Source: Halobacteriovoraceae bacterium (lineage in GTDB: Bacteria; Bdellovibrionota; Bacteriovoracia; Bacteriovoracales; Bacteriovoracaceae). From it: a DNA stretch of 64,000 bases. The notes under the pieces are model-generated. The model was not told the origin of the DNA and made no database searches. It saw only the letters and a program-made list of their open reading frames with translations. Below, piece by piece: positions 8,721 to 17,299 of this stretch (the stretch's first letter is position 1; each line of letters starts with the position of its first letter). The stretch spans positions 448,001 through 512,000 of the forward strand of contig CAVRCF010000001.1 in the NCBI GenBank assembly GCA_963719505.1, read 5' to 3'. The position numbers were made by a program, and so were the translations under genes.

Positions 8721-10364
8721 CTAGGCTTCCTTTACTCTTTCATTATTGCTCAATTGTGGACCAACCGTCTTTGTTAAGAGGTCGTTCACAATGGCTACTA
8801 AATTCGTTGCTTCGTGAAAAGCAAGCATGTTGCTATTTGTGATCTCTATAATATTATTTCCTGGTGCATTCGCTTTATGAACAAAGAAAAAGTCAGCGAT
8901 AGGTGCAAGATGAGGAAATGCATTTTTTGTCGTTGAGACTAAAGAATCAATTTCACTCAGCTTGTTTACTCTCTCTTGGATCACTGGAACTGAAGGTGAA
9001 TCTTTTTCCGATTCATCGAGTATTTGATTACAAAACTGAAAGCCGTGGCTATAGACCTCAAAAAGATGTTTGGTTCCCTCGAGATGGTGCAGCAGAATAT
9101 TTTCAGTGTCTTTAGAAACTTTTGGAATCTTGCTAGCAAGCTCAATTCCCCTAAAATAATAATTCCATAGAAGTCGATAATAAGACTTAAAAGTATCAGC
9201 TGTATTGGTAAGGTTTTCAGTAATTTCTGTTAAAGCTAAACCACCTTCATCAAAACTTGCTTTAATTATTCTTACTGAGTCCAGCTCTAAAGGTGTACTT
9301 AGTTGAAGTAGGTTTTTAGTATTTATATCTTGCCCTGTAAGACTTAATGAAATAACTGACATCACGGTGTTGAGATTTAAACTTTTATGACATGGCAAAA
9401 GTTCACAAGATGTCTGAAGTTGACATGGAAAACACTTAATCTTCGGAGAGAGGTTAATAACTCTATCGTTGTATGGTGTCGTCTCATGTGGCTTCACGGT
9501 TCCCAAAGAGAGCACAATTGAAGGCATTCTCAAAATACCGGCTAAGTGTGATACCATAGAGTCGTGCCCAATGAATAACTGGGACTCTGAAAGCATATTG
9601 AAAGTATCCTCAACAGAGTTCTTACCAACGACATTTAAAATTCTTTTATTAAATATTTTTAAAATTGGAGCATTTATTATCTGCTCGGCTTTTGAGGCTT
9701 CGTTGGGTGCGCCAACAATATTAATCTCTATTTCTTTGTCTGATTGGAGAATTTTTTCAATTAATTGAGACCACTTACTTGCATCCCACATCTTCCTTTT
9801 ATGTGAAGCAAATGGATGAAGGGTGACGACTTTATTTTTTGGAGTTTTAAAATCAGTTGCAAATGTTTCTTTCGCACCCAAAATACCCTTGAAAACATCA
9901 ACTAGGTTTATTGGACAGTGGGTAGATTCCATGACGTTTGAATAGACATACTGTGACCATTTATCATCGATACCAACTTGTGCCTTCTCATTTCTATAAA
10001 GTCCCATCTTAAGTTTTTCAGAAATTTGAGTCGTTAAGTACGATGAAGACTTATTAAAAGAGAGATTTACAACTAAGTCATACTCATTCTTTTTTACATC
10101 ACTAACAAACTTATGGGTATTTTCAATCGCCTCTCTCAGGTTGATATTGCTTTTATTTAAAAAGTCTTTAGTTTCAAACTCTATGATATTATCAAAAGCT
10201 TCTTTTAGGAGAAATCTCAACTGAGTCGAAAATCTTCTTCTCGTTATAAGTGTCAATTCAAGATTTTGGTGCTCACTTTTTAGCTGCTTTGCTGCTACGT
10301 AGGTTTGTAGAATATCTCCAATACGGGTCAGTTGAATAACGCAAACTTTCATGTTCGTATCCAT
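8721..10364 (-). CDS. Glycosyltransferase family 9 (heptosyltransferase-like) with long helical C-terminal extension
   Basis: IQLTRIGDILQT, LHPFAS...KMW, FIGHDSMVSHLAG, Cys cluster CFPC-x5-C-x4-C. Confidence 0.85.
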   Translation of the reverse strand: MDTNMKVCVIQLTRIGDILQTYVAAKQLKSEHQNLELTLITRRRFSTQLRFLLKEAFDNIIEFETKDFLNKSNINLREAIENTHKFVSDVKKNEYDLVVNLSFNKSSSYLTTQISEKLKMGLYRNEKAQVGIDDKWSQYVYSNVMESTHCPINLVDVFKGILGAKETFATDFKTPKNKVVTLHPFASHKRKMWDASKWSQLIEKILQSDKEIEINIVGAPNEASKAEQIINAPILKIFNKRILNVVGKNSVEDTFNMLSESQLFIGHDSMVSHLAGILRMPSIVLSLGTVKPHETTPYNDRVINLSPKIKCFPCQLQTSCELLPCHKSLNLNTVMSVISLSLTGQDINTKNLLQLSTPLELDSVRIIKASFDEGGLALTEITENLTNTADTFKSYYRLLWNYYFRGIELASKIPKVSKDTENILLHHLEGTKHLFEVYSHGFQFCNQILDESEKDSPSVPVIQERVNKLSEIDSLVSTTKNAFPHLAPIADFFFVHKANAPGNNIIEITNSNMLAFHEATNLVAIVNDLLTKTVGPQLSNNERVKEA

Positions 10365-10495
10365 TATGACTCCTCTTCTATGAGGGACGTAAGTAAAAGA
10401 AGATCTAAGTCTAAGTTTGACAGGTCATTTTGAGTATCAATTTTCTTTTGAAGTGTTTTTAGTGCTTCAGTTATTTCTAATTGTAAGTTGCTCAT
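10364..10495 (-). CDS. Small 43-aa protein MSNLQLEITEALKTLQKKIDTQNDLSNLDLDLLLLTSLIEEES
   Basis: AGGAGG SD 6 nt before ATG; stop TAA overlaps the next ATG (TAATG); fills the gap between the two GT9 genes. Confidence 0.7.
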   Translation of the reverse strand: MSNLQLEITEALKTLQKKIDTQNDLSNLDLDLLLLTSLIEEES

Positions 10496-10535
10496 CTTTA
10501 TCCTCCTGATAATGATTGAACCAGATTTCTAGAAC

Positions 10536-12125
10536 CTATCTATTTGCCTCGGTTACGCCTTCTTCTTGTTCCACTGACACAAGGTCAGTAAGAAGGTTTG
10601 TAAGAGCTTGGAGATCGGTTTTGAGACTAAATAAGTGCTTTTCGATAAGTCTCATATTTTCTTCTGGATTTTCAGAGTTTATACTCTCGATTCTTCCTTC
10701 AAATAAACCAATAGCACCTCTGGTAATTGAGGTTGTTTTCGCTTTTGATATAATCTGGTCAAGGTAGAGAACAAAATTCTTTAAATTACTTTGGGACTGT
10801 TTAGCTCCTTTTAAAGAGCGTAAAGTTGCAAGTAAAAGTTTTACTGCGTTAGTTAACTCATCTTTTGATTGAGTGATGAAAGTTGAAAGTGCAATGGGAT
10901 CAACTGACTTTTTAAGATGGCTGACAAATTGTTTATTGGGTTGAAAGCCCATTAGTTGAAAATGGTATGTTCGTTCAATATGGTAGCGAAGTTCTTCATC
11001 TAATTCTACTGGGCCTCTGATTTGAGTCATTAGGAATCCGTAGTCATCTTCTGTTGTCATATAGATTTTATTTGACGTATGCATTGATGAAATCGGCAAC
11101 TCCGATTCAGTTTCTTGATTAAGAAGAATGAGAATATCGTTGGAGACAAGTTCCTCTCCTTGGTAGATAACAAAGTTATCAGTATTAACGAGTGAAGATC
11201 TTCTTTTCATGTTCTTTGATGATCTAAGCTCAATAGTTCTCGTCTCAATGGCATCAGCAAACATTAAGTGCTCGTTACTTTGTGAAACTAAAAAATCAAG
11301 GTTGAGTGCCACTGATGGAAAAGCAGTTCGATCGGTGTTTATAGAAATTAATTTGTTATCAAATCGCTCGTTTAGTCGATTGACAAGAGTCTTCTCTTTT
11401 TCGGATCCACTCAGAATGAGTACAGCTTTAAAGTTCTCAGAGTCTTCTAAGGCTTCAATGACTTCAGTAATCGATTCTTTGCATATTGGGCTCCCACCAA
11501 ATGATGGAGAGAGACTTATACCTACCATATAGGTCGGTTGCGATGTCTTTAAGGATTGGCGAATTCTGGAAAAATTCGTCGTTGCGACTTGAGTGAACTC
11601 ATTATTAAATTTTACTTTTTTCCCTTCTCTTCTATAAGGAACGGAGCTCATATAGTGTCTCACAAGATGAGAGGGAATAATATCTTCTTCAATATTAGGT
11701 GACACAAAGTTTAGGTAGTTTGACCACACGTTTGACGTTTGAGCAGAGCCAAGTTTTGAAATACTCGTTCCTGTCATATCGTCTGTTGTCATCATAGAAC
11801 AAAGATAAGAGGCAACTGTATCGTTGGAATAATTTATAATCTTATTCCAATGAGTATCGTAGCAAGGGGCCACAGATTTAAAAAAGCTGTTAAGGGCAAA
11901 AGAGTCACTATAAAGTGAGCTTTCAGAGACACTTTTGGCAAAATTTCTATCTATAGAGTAGACTTCAGATATACCGGCGTGTGCACTAAAGAACGTTAGA
12001 AGATCAGAGTAGGTTAAAACACTTATCTCACTGTGAGGATTTTCTTCTTTAAGAGAGCAAATCAAGTGAGTGCTCCCTATGATATCAATGTCGTGAGAGA
12101 GAATAGTGACTAGAATTTTACTCAT
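10536..12125 (-). CDS. Degenerate GT9-like paralogue
   Basis: Same size and layout as 8721..10364 (IINYS vs VVNLS, WSNY vs WSQY, helical tail) but GD and DS-H motifs altered; start taken at the ATG overlapping the end of the upstream gene. Confidence 0.6.
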   Translation of the reverse strand: MSKILVTILSHDIDIIGSTHLICSLKEENPHSEISVLTYSDLLTFFSAHAGISEVYSIDRNFAKSVSESSLYSDSFALNSFFKSVAPCYDTHWNKIINYSNDTVASYLCSMMTTDDMTGTSISKLGSAQTSNVWSNYLNFVSPNIEEDIIPSHLVRHYMSSVPYRREGKKVKFNNEFTQVATTNFSRIRQSLKTSQPTYMVGISLSPSFGGSPICKESITEVIEALEDSENFKAVLILSGSEKEKTLVNRLNERFDNKLISINTDRTAFPSVALNLDFLVSQSNEHLMFADAIETRTIELRSSKNMKRRSSLVNTDNFVIYQGEELVSNDILILLNQETESELPISSMHTSNKIYMTTEDDYGFLMTQIRGPVELDEELRYHIERTYHFQLMGFQPNKQFVSHLKKSVDPIALSTFITQSKDELTNAVKLLLATLRSLKGAKQSQSNLKNFVLYLDQIISKAKTTSITRGAIGLFEGRIESINSENPEENMRLIEKHLFSLKTDLQALTNLLTDLVSVEQEEGVTEANR

Positions 12126-12786
12126 GAGATACCTCGTTTTCTTTGCTGCCTTTAACAAGGGCGTCAAATGCTAGAAGTCCAAAGTCAAAGCGATTGCGAA
12201 TCCCTCGGTTAAGTTTTATGTCCTCAATAACATCCGTTATTGGTTTGTCTAGACTTTCAAAGTCAGTTAAATACATTTGAAGAATATCGGTGAGATCCTC
12301 AACATAAGCCTGCACATGTGTTGGGGCTTTGTATTTCAAAAAAGCTGTGTAGAACTTTTTCTCAATATTAAAAGAAGGATCGTGTTTTATGATAGCGGGC
12401 TTTTGCCTTAAAAAGCTTATGAACTCTGAACTCTTAAAAAGTTCTTCAACATCACTACTATTAATGACTGTGATTGAAGAGTTTTTAAAAGCTCGATATG
12501 TTTTAAAGCCTTCAGCTATTTTAGTATTTGGTTCGAGAACCAAGATATTAAAATGATCGTGATTTTCACTGAGAAGCCTCTCGATCTGATCAATATGATA
12601 TCCAAACCCGAGCCCGAGGACAAGAACGTGATTTGTTACTTTGAGAGTATCGATATACTTTTCTGCGAACGCCTCAGCTTCTTTAGCCGGGTTGTAAACA
12701 GAGTGAAGGTGAATACCTTTAACTACAGGAACGGGTAGTCCATTTCTTGAAGTTTTAATTTCAAACGTCGTCGTGCGTTCATCCAT
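12118..12786 (-). CDS. Maf (motility-associated factor)-like N-terminal domain protein
   Basis: LHSVYNPAKEA and VLVLGLGFGYH motifs of Maf N-termini; too short to include the DUF115 domain; follows fliS/fliT-like. Confidence 0.6.
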   Translation of the reverse strand: MDERTTTFEIKTSRNGLPVPVVKGIHLHSVYNPAKEAEAFAEKYIDTLKVTNHVLVLGLGFGYHIDQIERLLSENHDHFNILVLEPNTKIAEGFKTYRAFKNSSITVINSSDVEELFKSSEFISFLRQKPAIIKHDPSFNIEKKFYTAFLKYKAPTHVQAYVEDLTDILQMYLTDFESLDKPITDVIEDIKLNRGIRNRFDFGLLAFDALVKGSKENEVSHE

Positions 12787-12814
12787 AAGCGCAAACCTTT
12801 AAGTCAAGCATTGC

Positions 12815-13195
12815 TCATTTTAAGCAATTGAGATTATAACCTTTTAAATTTTCTTTGTTTTTAAACACTTTTGCAATTTCTATTTGTGTTTTATCCTTTT
12901 CTTCATCCAATTTTGAGACTATGAAGTCATCGAATTCAGAAATCTTACCTAATAACAGATTTAGTTGGTTATTATAAAGGACTGCATCTTCTTTATGACC
13001 TTCATTTTTTAAACTCGTCTGTTCAAGAGTTAGTCTTTCGTGGACAGTGCAAATGACACTGATGACTTTCTCTCTTTTTTTTATCAAGTCCTCTAGGGCT
13101 TCAAAGTCGCCCATGTTTACTTGGTTTACACACTCTTGTGAAATTTTCACTGCTTTTTCAATTAAATCTGTCAAAAGTGCGTAGTGGTTGTTCAT
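12815..13195 (-). CDS. FliT-like flagellar chaperone
   Basis: 126-aa helical protein after fliS, LIKKREKVI and C-terminal KGY pattern. Confidence 0.55.
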   Translation of the reverse strand: MNNHYALLTDLIEKAVKISQECVNQVNMGDFEALEDLIKKREKVISVICTVHERLTLEQTSLKNEGHKEDAVLYNNQLNLLLGKISEFDDFIVSKLDEEKDKTQIEIAKVFKNKENLKGYNLNCLK

Positions 13196-13584
13196 GCTTG
13201 TTTAGCTTCCTTAACTCTTAAGGACTTAACTGCAGACGCCCATCCATCATATAGAGTGTTAAGAACACCAAGCACGCCAACAAGTGGCTCTTTATCAATT
13301 TTAATATTGGCCTGAGTACTAGAGTAGATCATATAGTCGTAAAGAGAGGATAGTTCTTTTGAAATATCTCCACCTACTTCATGATCTAAACTATTGTTGA
13401 GCTCGATGATAATATCTTGAAGCTTTCCAATAAACTCACCCTTTTTGGCGACTTGTTTAGCTTCGATTGCGTCGATAGCTTTTTTGCAGTTTTTAATCGC
13501 TGCTTGATACAACATTAAAAGAACTTGCTCTTTACTTGCAGTTTGAACTGAAGTTTTCTTGTAAGCTCCTAATCCGTAGCTCAT
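13192..13584 (-). CDS. fliS: Flagellar export chaperone FliS
   Basis: AYKKTSVQTAS...LLMLY, IIIELNNSLD...GG...LSSLYDYM, DGW. Confidence 0.95.
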   Translation of the reverse strand: MSYGLGAYKKTSVQTASKEQVLLMLYQAAIKNCKKAIDAIEAKQVAKKGEFIGKLQDIIIELNNSLDHEVGGDISKELSSLYDYMIYSSTQANIKIDKEPLVGVLGVLNTLYDGWASAVKSLRVKEAKQA

Positions 13585-13599
13585 TCATTCCTCCTTAAA

Positions 13600-14988
13600 T
13601 TATCCCAGTTGGGTTACAGGGTTTCCACCACCGCCCATTCCGGCGAGACCACTACCTTGTGCCTTTATTCTACTCATTGTTTCTTCAAGCCTAGCAAACT
13701 TTGCTTTGAGCATTTGCTCTTTCTTATCCACATGTCTCTGCTTGCTCACAATCTTTCTATCAATCTGCTTTATCTGACTCTCAAGTCCATGCTTCCTAGA
13801 ACTAAGGACACCGCCTTGAGACTTAAGGGCATCAGAGACGAGTGTGTCCAAGTGATCAATAAAGCCATCGACCTTTCCATTTTCTCTTGTATATTTACCC
13901 GTAATAATCTGCGCGACTTCATCATAATTTTGGTCTAGTTTTGATTTAAGCTTATCTGTATCAAGCTTGAGCATACCATCTCTTTGGAAGGCAAGACCCA
14001 AGTCTCCGATTCGTCTATTACCATAATCAGTAGAAATATTTTTAAAAATACTTCCTCTGATTCTCGACTCTAGAGTTTGTAGCGTTAAATCACCACCAAG
14101 AGTTTGGGATGTATCGACACTTTCATCAAGGGCATTTTGCTCCTTGATAAACTTAATAACGTCATTTATTTTCGCAACGAGGCCATTGATCTTTTCACTA
14201 ATCTTTGCAGTATCTTCTGTAATTTCAATCGTTACTTCATCACCAGGCTTAGCTTTTTTTAGATCTATAGTTGCTCCAGGAATCAGCTCTGTCGTTCTAT
14301 TGGCCGGAACCTCTAATTCAAATCCATCAAGCTTAACCTTGGCATCCTGAGCATCTCTTTGATTATCAAAGTATATATCTTCAACACCGTCGACAAGGTA
14401 TAGTTCTGGAAAGTCGGCTTTTGCATCATCACCTGTGTCTTCAAGTGTAATAATCATTTTCCAAGGTTTGTCAGTGCCATCACGTGAGTTTACAACATTG
14501 GCTAGCATACCATTGTCACTGTCTTTGTTAATGAGTTTCGCAATTCCAGAAAGAGATGAACTATCACTGTCGATGTAGACTTCTTTTGTTTCTCCATCTG
14601 GTAGCTCGTACTGTATATAGCCCACACCAAGGTATGTTTTGTCTTTGTCCTCAACACCATTTGAAATAGCGGATGATTTTTGGGCGAGTTGAATGACTTC
14701 CAGCTGATAGGCACCAGGTTCGGCTATATTTTTGTCGACGCTAACATCGACCCAGTCTTCTGATACATTGACTTGAAATTCTCTGAAGCTTCGAGCGGAT
14801 TTGGAACTATAGATATCTCCGCGTAGATTTTCTACATGCGCTGTAAGATCACCAAGAAGAGCTTTCTTATTCTCTATTTTTCCTTTTCTCACATTCATCT
14901 GCTCCAAAGGTATTTTTTCAGCGGCAACAATTTGCTGAACAATATCTTTTGGTAGACCTGAATTTATTGATCCAAAAGCAATACCCAA
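13600..14988 (-). CDS. fliD: Flagellar filament cap protein FliD
   Basis: GSINSGL, LEVIQLAQ, AQDAKVKLDG, IPGATIDLK, KFARLE; probable TTG start at 14988 after AGGAGG. Confidence 0.95.
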   Translation of the reverse strand: MGIAFGSINSGLPKDIVQQIVAAEKIPLEQMNVRKGKIENKKALLGDLTAHVENLRGDIYSSKSARSFREFQVNVSEDWVDVSVDKNIAEPGAYQLEVIQLAQKSSAISNGVEDKDKTYLGVGYIQYELPDGETKEVYIDSDSSSLSGIAKLINKDSDNGMLANVVNSRDGTDKPWKMIITLEDTGDDAKADFPELYLVDGVEDIYFDNQRDAQDAKVKLDGFELEVPANRTTELIPGATIDLKKAKPGDEVTIEITEDTAKISEKINGLVAKINDVIKFIKEQNALDESVDTSQTLGGDLTLQTLESRIRGSIFKNISTDYGNRRIGDLGLAFQRDGMLKLDTDKLKSKLDQNYDEVAQIITGKYTRENGKVDGFIDHLDTLVSDALKSQGGVLSSRKHGLESQIKQIDRKIVSKQRHVDKKEQMLKAKFARLEETMSRIKAQGSGLAGMGGGGNPVTQLG

Positions 14989-15093
14989 ATGTCCTCCTGA
15001 CTTCGTAAAAGCGCTCCTGCACTTTCTGGGCTTCAGGTATAAGATTATCATAGTAAGAATTTGATGCAATAGGGAACAATTTGAGTTAGAATC

Positions 15094-15128
15094 AAAAAAT
15101 GGCCTGTCTCTTTGGGAAGAAACAGGCC
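15094..15128 (-). terminator. Intrinsic terminator upstream of fliD
   Basis: Minus strand GGCCTGTTTCTT-CCCA-AAGAGACAGGCC (12-bp stem, one G-U) then ATTTTTT. Confidence 0.75.
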
Positions 15129-15178
15129 GTTGGGATTAGGATAAATTGGGTATGGGTTTATGAGCTATTAACTCATAC
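15094..15178 (-). ncRNA. Candidate sigma28-dependent small RNA or attenuated leader (~85 nt)
   Basis: Bounded by a sigma28 promoter and an intrinsic terminator; 5' hairpin UAUGAG/CUCAUA, C-rich linker with repeated CCCA, no credible ORF. Confidence 0.55.
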
Positions 15179-15183
15179 TAATC

Positions 15184-15210
15184 TTGTCGGGTATTATGGA
15201 TAAAACTTTA
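15184..15210 (-). promoter_or_regulatory. sigma28-type promoter facing the fliD operon
   Basis: Minus strand TAAAGTTT-N11-CCCGACAA versus consensus TAAAGTTT-N11-GCCGATAA. Confidence 0.75.
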
Positions 15211-16732
15211 GTAAAAAAGTCGGATATATTAAAAATAAAGTATATATTCTTTATAAGTCGGATAGTTACGTACTTCTCGTTCTTATTAATTCCAATATGG
15301 TTACAAAAATCTGTTGAATCTAACCTAGCAGTTCAGTCAGGTATTTTGTTGATGTACATGATCTTCATGGGCGGTCAGTGGTATTTGCTGGGTAAGGAGA
15401 TCGACCACAGATTGGGGATCTATTATAGGGTAAATTCTTCCATGGATAGAATTCTCTATCGTGTCGTAATGGGAAATATTTTTGTTATAATTTTCTTTAA
15501 CGCTGTCGCATTATTACCGGACTCAGTCGCTCAGGTAATCTTTTGGTGTTTCTATGGATTTCTAGGAATCTTTTATTCATGGCCCACTCGAGGAAAAATC
15601 ATTGAAGAGTCAATGGCCGCACAGTTTAGCGAGTTTAAATTTTTAGATTCCTTTGAGAAAACAGTCTTAGGTTTAACCTTTATCGTAAGCCTATGCTCTT
15701 TACCGGAAATTCCATTATTTGAAAATATTGATGCACTTAAAATGTATTTCGACCCAAGTGAAAAAATTCATATTGGAATATGGGAATTTTTGAAAGTAAA
15801 CTATCTCCCTTTTAATTCTTATCCTCAGTTATATAATTTATCTTGGAGCTATCACTTTTTCTTTAATGGGCTGATGATTTACCTATTGTCTTTTTACGCA
15901 CTCGCTAGGTTTTTTCTTTCTCGCCGCCTCTCAATTTTGGCTGTTTTTTCAGTTGTCTCAACTTGGTCTTTTGCAAAAATTGTAGGTAACAATATTATTC
16001 TCACCTACACTACGACTTTCCTTGTCCTATGGGTGTGGTCGTTTCTATGGACCATTAAAAGTGCAACATATCGTTCAGGTCTCTTTACGGGTCTTGTGCT
16101 AGCTTTTGGAGTGATGTTAAATATTCATTATATTTTTTTACTGCCTGTAACCTTACTCAGCATTTATTTTATACTTTCTTAAAAAAGAAACAACGTGGTT
16201 TAAGCGGCAATGGCTAAAGTATAATATCCTTGGTTTTCTTGTCACTTTAGTCGTTTCTCTGACTCACTTTGAGATGGGAAAAATGTTTTCTGGAGAATCG
16301 TTTTCTTTTCTTTATGCAATATTGGCAGAGTTTATTTATAGGAAAGCTTTCTACGTGCTTTCTTTCTTTGGAGTTTTTCTCGTTTTATGCTTCAAGTTTA
16401 ATTTCCTTAAAAGGTATTTGTCATTAGTGACTTTCGACAAAGAGAGATTTAATCAATTGTTTTTCTGTGTCTGTGTCATAATAGTTTTTGGATTAACTTT
16501 TAGTAAAGTTTACTTGGAAGGTTTTTCTCTGTTATGGATTATTGCTTTTCTTTGCTTAATTCCACTCGAATGGATTTTCCAATCTATCAGTCGCCTTAGA
16601 TCGAAAAGAAATATCATCTACACGCTCTACATCCTTGTATGCCTATTAGACTCACACCTAGAGGGACGTATCAGAATTATGGGAAAACTTTTTCTAAATG
16701 AAGAGGTTTATAAGTATATCAATCAAATGTAA
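15196..16732 (+). pseudogene. Polytopic membrane protein (possibly GT-C-like) split by one +1 frameshift near 16170
   Basis: ORFs 15184..16182 and 16274..16732 are joined by an open +1 frame (YFLKKETTWFKRQWLKYNILGF...); may be a sequencing error. Confidence 0.6.
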
Positions 16733-16860
16733 GTAAAGTAAATACACCTAGCATAAGTAATTAAAATCACTGACTAAATCTCTTTTTATCTTGCTGCAAG
16801 TTTCTTTGTGGTGGTAAACTATAAGAGAGTTTAAAGCAGTTTATGGCAAGGAGGTCATTT

Positions 16861-17088
16861 TTGCTTAAGTCTACGCTATCCGCTTCTCTTTTCGATGAAT
16901 TTTCATCTTCCTATCAAACCTACAACCCATCACTTGACCACACAGACAAACCCTTCGTTTATGTAGATCCACTTGGAAACATAAAGCTTCTTACGAATAT
17001 GGTGACTGATAATGAGTCTGACGATGGAATTTTTGCAGTTTCTGTGGCCGAAGATGGTTGGATGGAGTATCTAGCACTGCAAGAATAA
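16861..17088 (+). CDS. Small acidic hypothetical protein (~75 aa)
   Basis: AGGAGG SD before TTG 16861; upstream TTGCTG-N18-TAAACT promoter-like sequence. Confidence 0.6.
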   Translation: MLKSTLSASLFDEFSSSYQTYNPSLDHTDKPFVYVDPLGNIKLLTNMVTDNESDDGIFAVSVAEDGWMEYLALQE

Positions 17089-17246
17089 GTCAGTTTGGGG
17101 AAAACTAAAACCTCAAATCTAACTGTTTCTGTCATGTCTTTTGCGTAGCAGTATAAAGGATTTTATTTAACGTCCTAACTACATGAAAGTATGAACTTAA
17201 TTAAATAAACGTTTATTCGTTTTGCGTTAGTTCTGCTACACTCAAG

Positions 17247-17276
17247 TGTGGAAAACTGCAGCTAATCTGTGGATTA
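17247..17276 (-). promoter_or_regulatory. Two co-oriented DnaA-box-like 9-mers
   Basis: TTTTCCACA (17247-17255) and TAATCCACA (17268-17276), 21 bp apart, intergenic. Confidence 0.4.
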
Positions 17277-17299
17277 GTTTTAAAAAGCGTAGAAAACTT

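Noticed and set aside
14989-15069. ORF-track N-terminal extension of FliD
   Set aside because: AGGAGG directly precedes TTG 14988 and FliD-like sequence starts there
14989-15178. Possible c-di-GMP riboswitch or CsrB-like RNA upstream of fliD
   Set aside because: No GEMM core recognised; the GGA-rich reading is on the strand lacking the promoter and U-tract; two CAGGAG in the fliD leader are too few to call CsrA sites
15217-15263. Direct repeat AAGTCGGATA twice
   Set aside because: Short, inside a probable coding region, and neither copy has a correctly spaced sigma28 -35
17089-17299. Replication origin
   Set aside because: Only 2-3 boxes and no dnaA/dnaN/gidA context; kept only as a possible DnaA regulatory site
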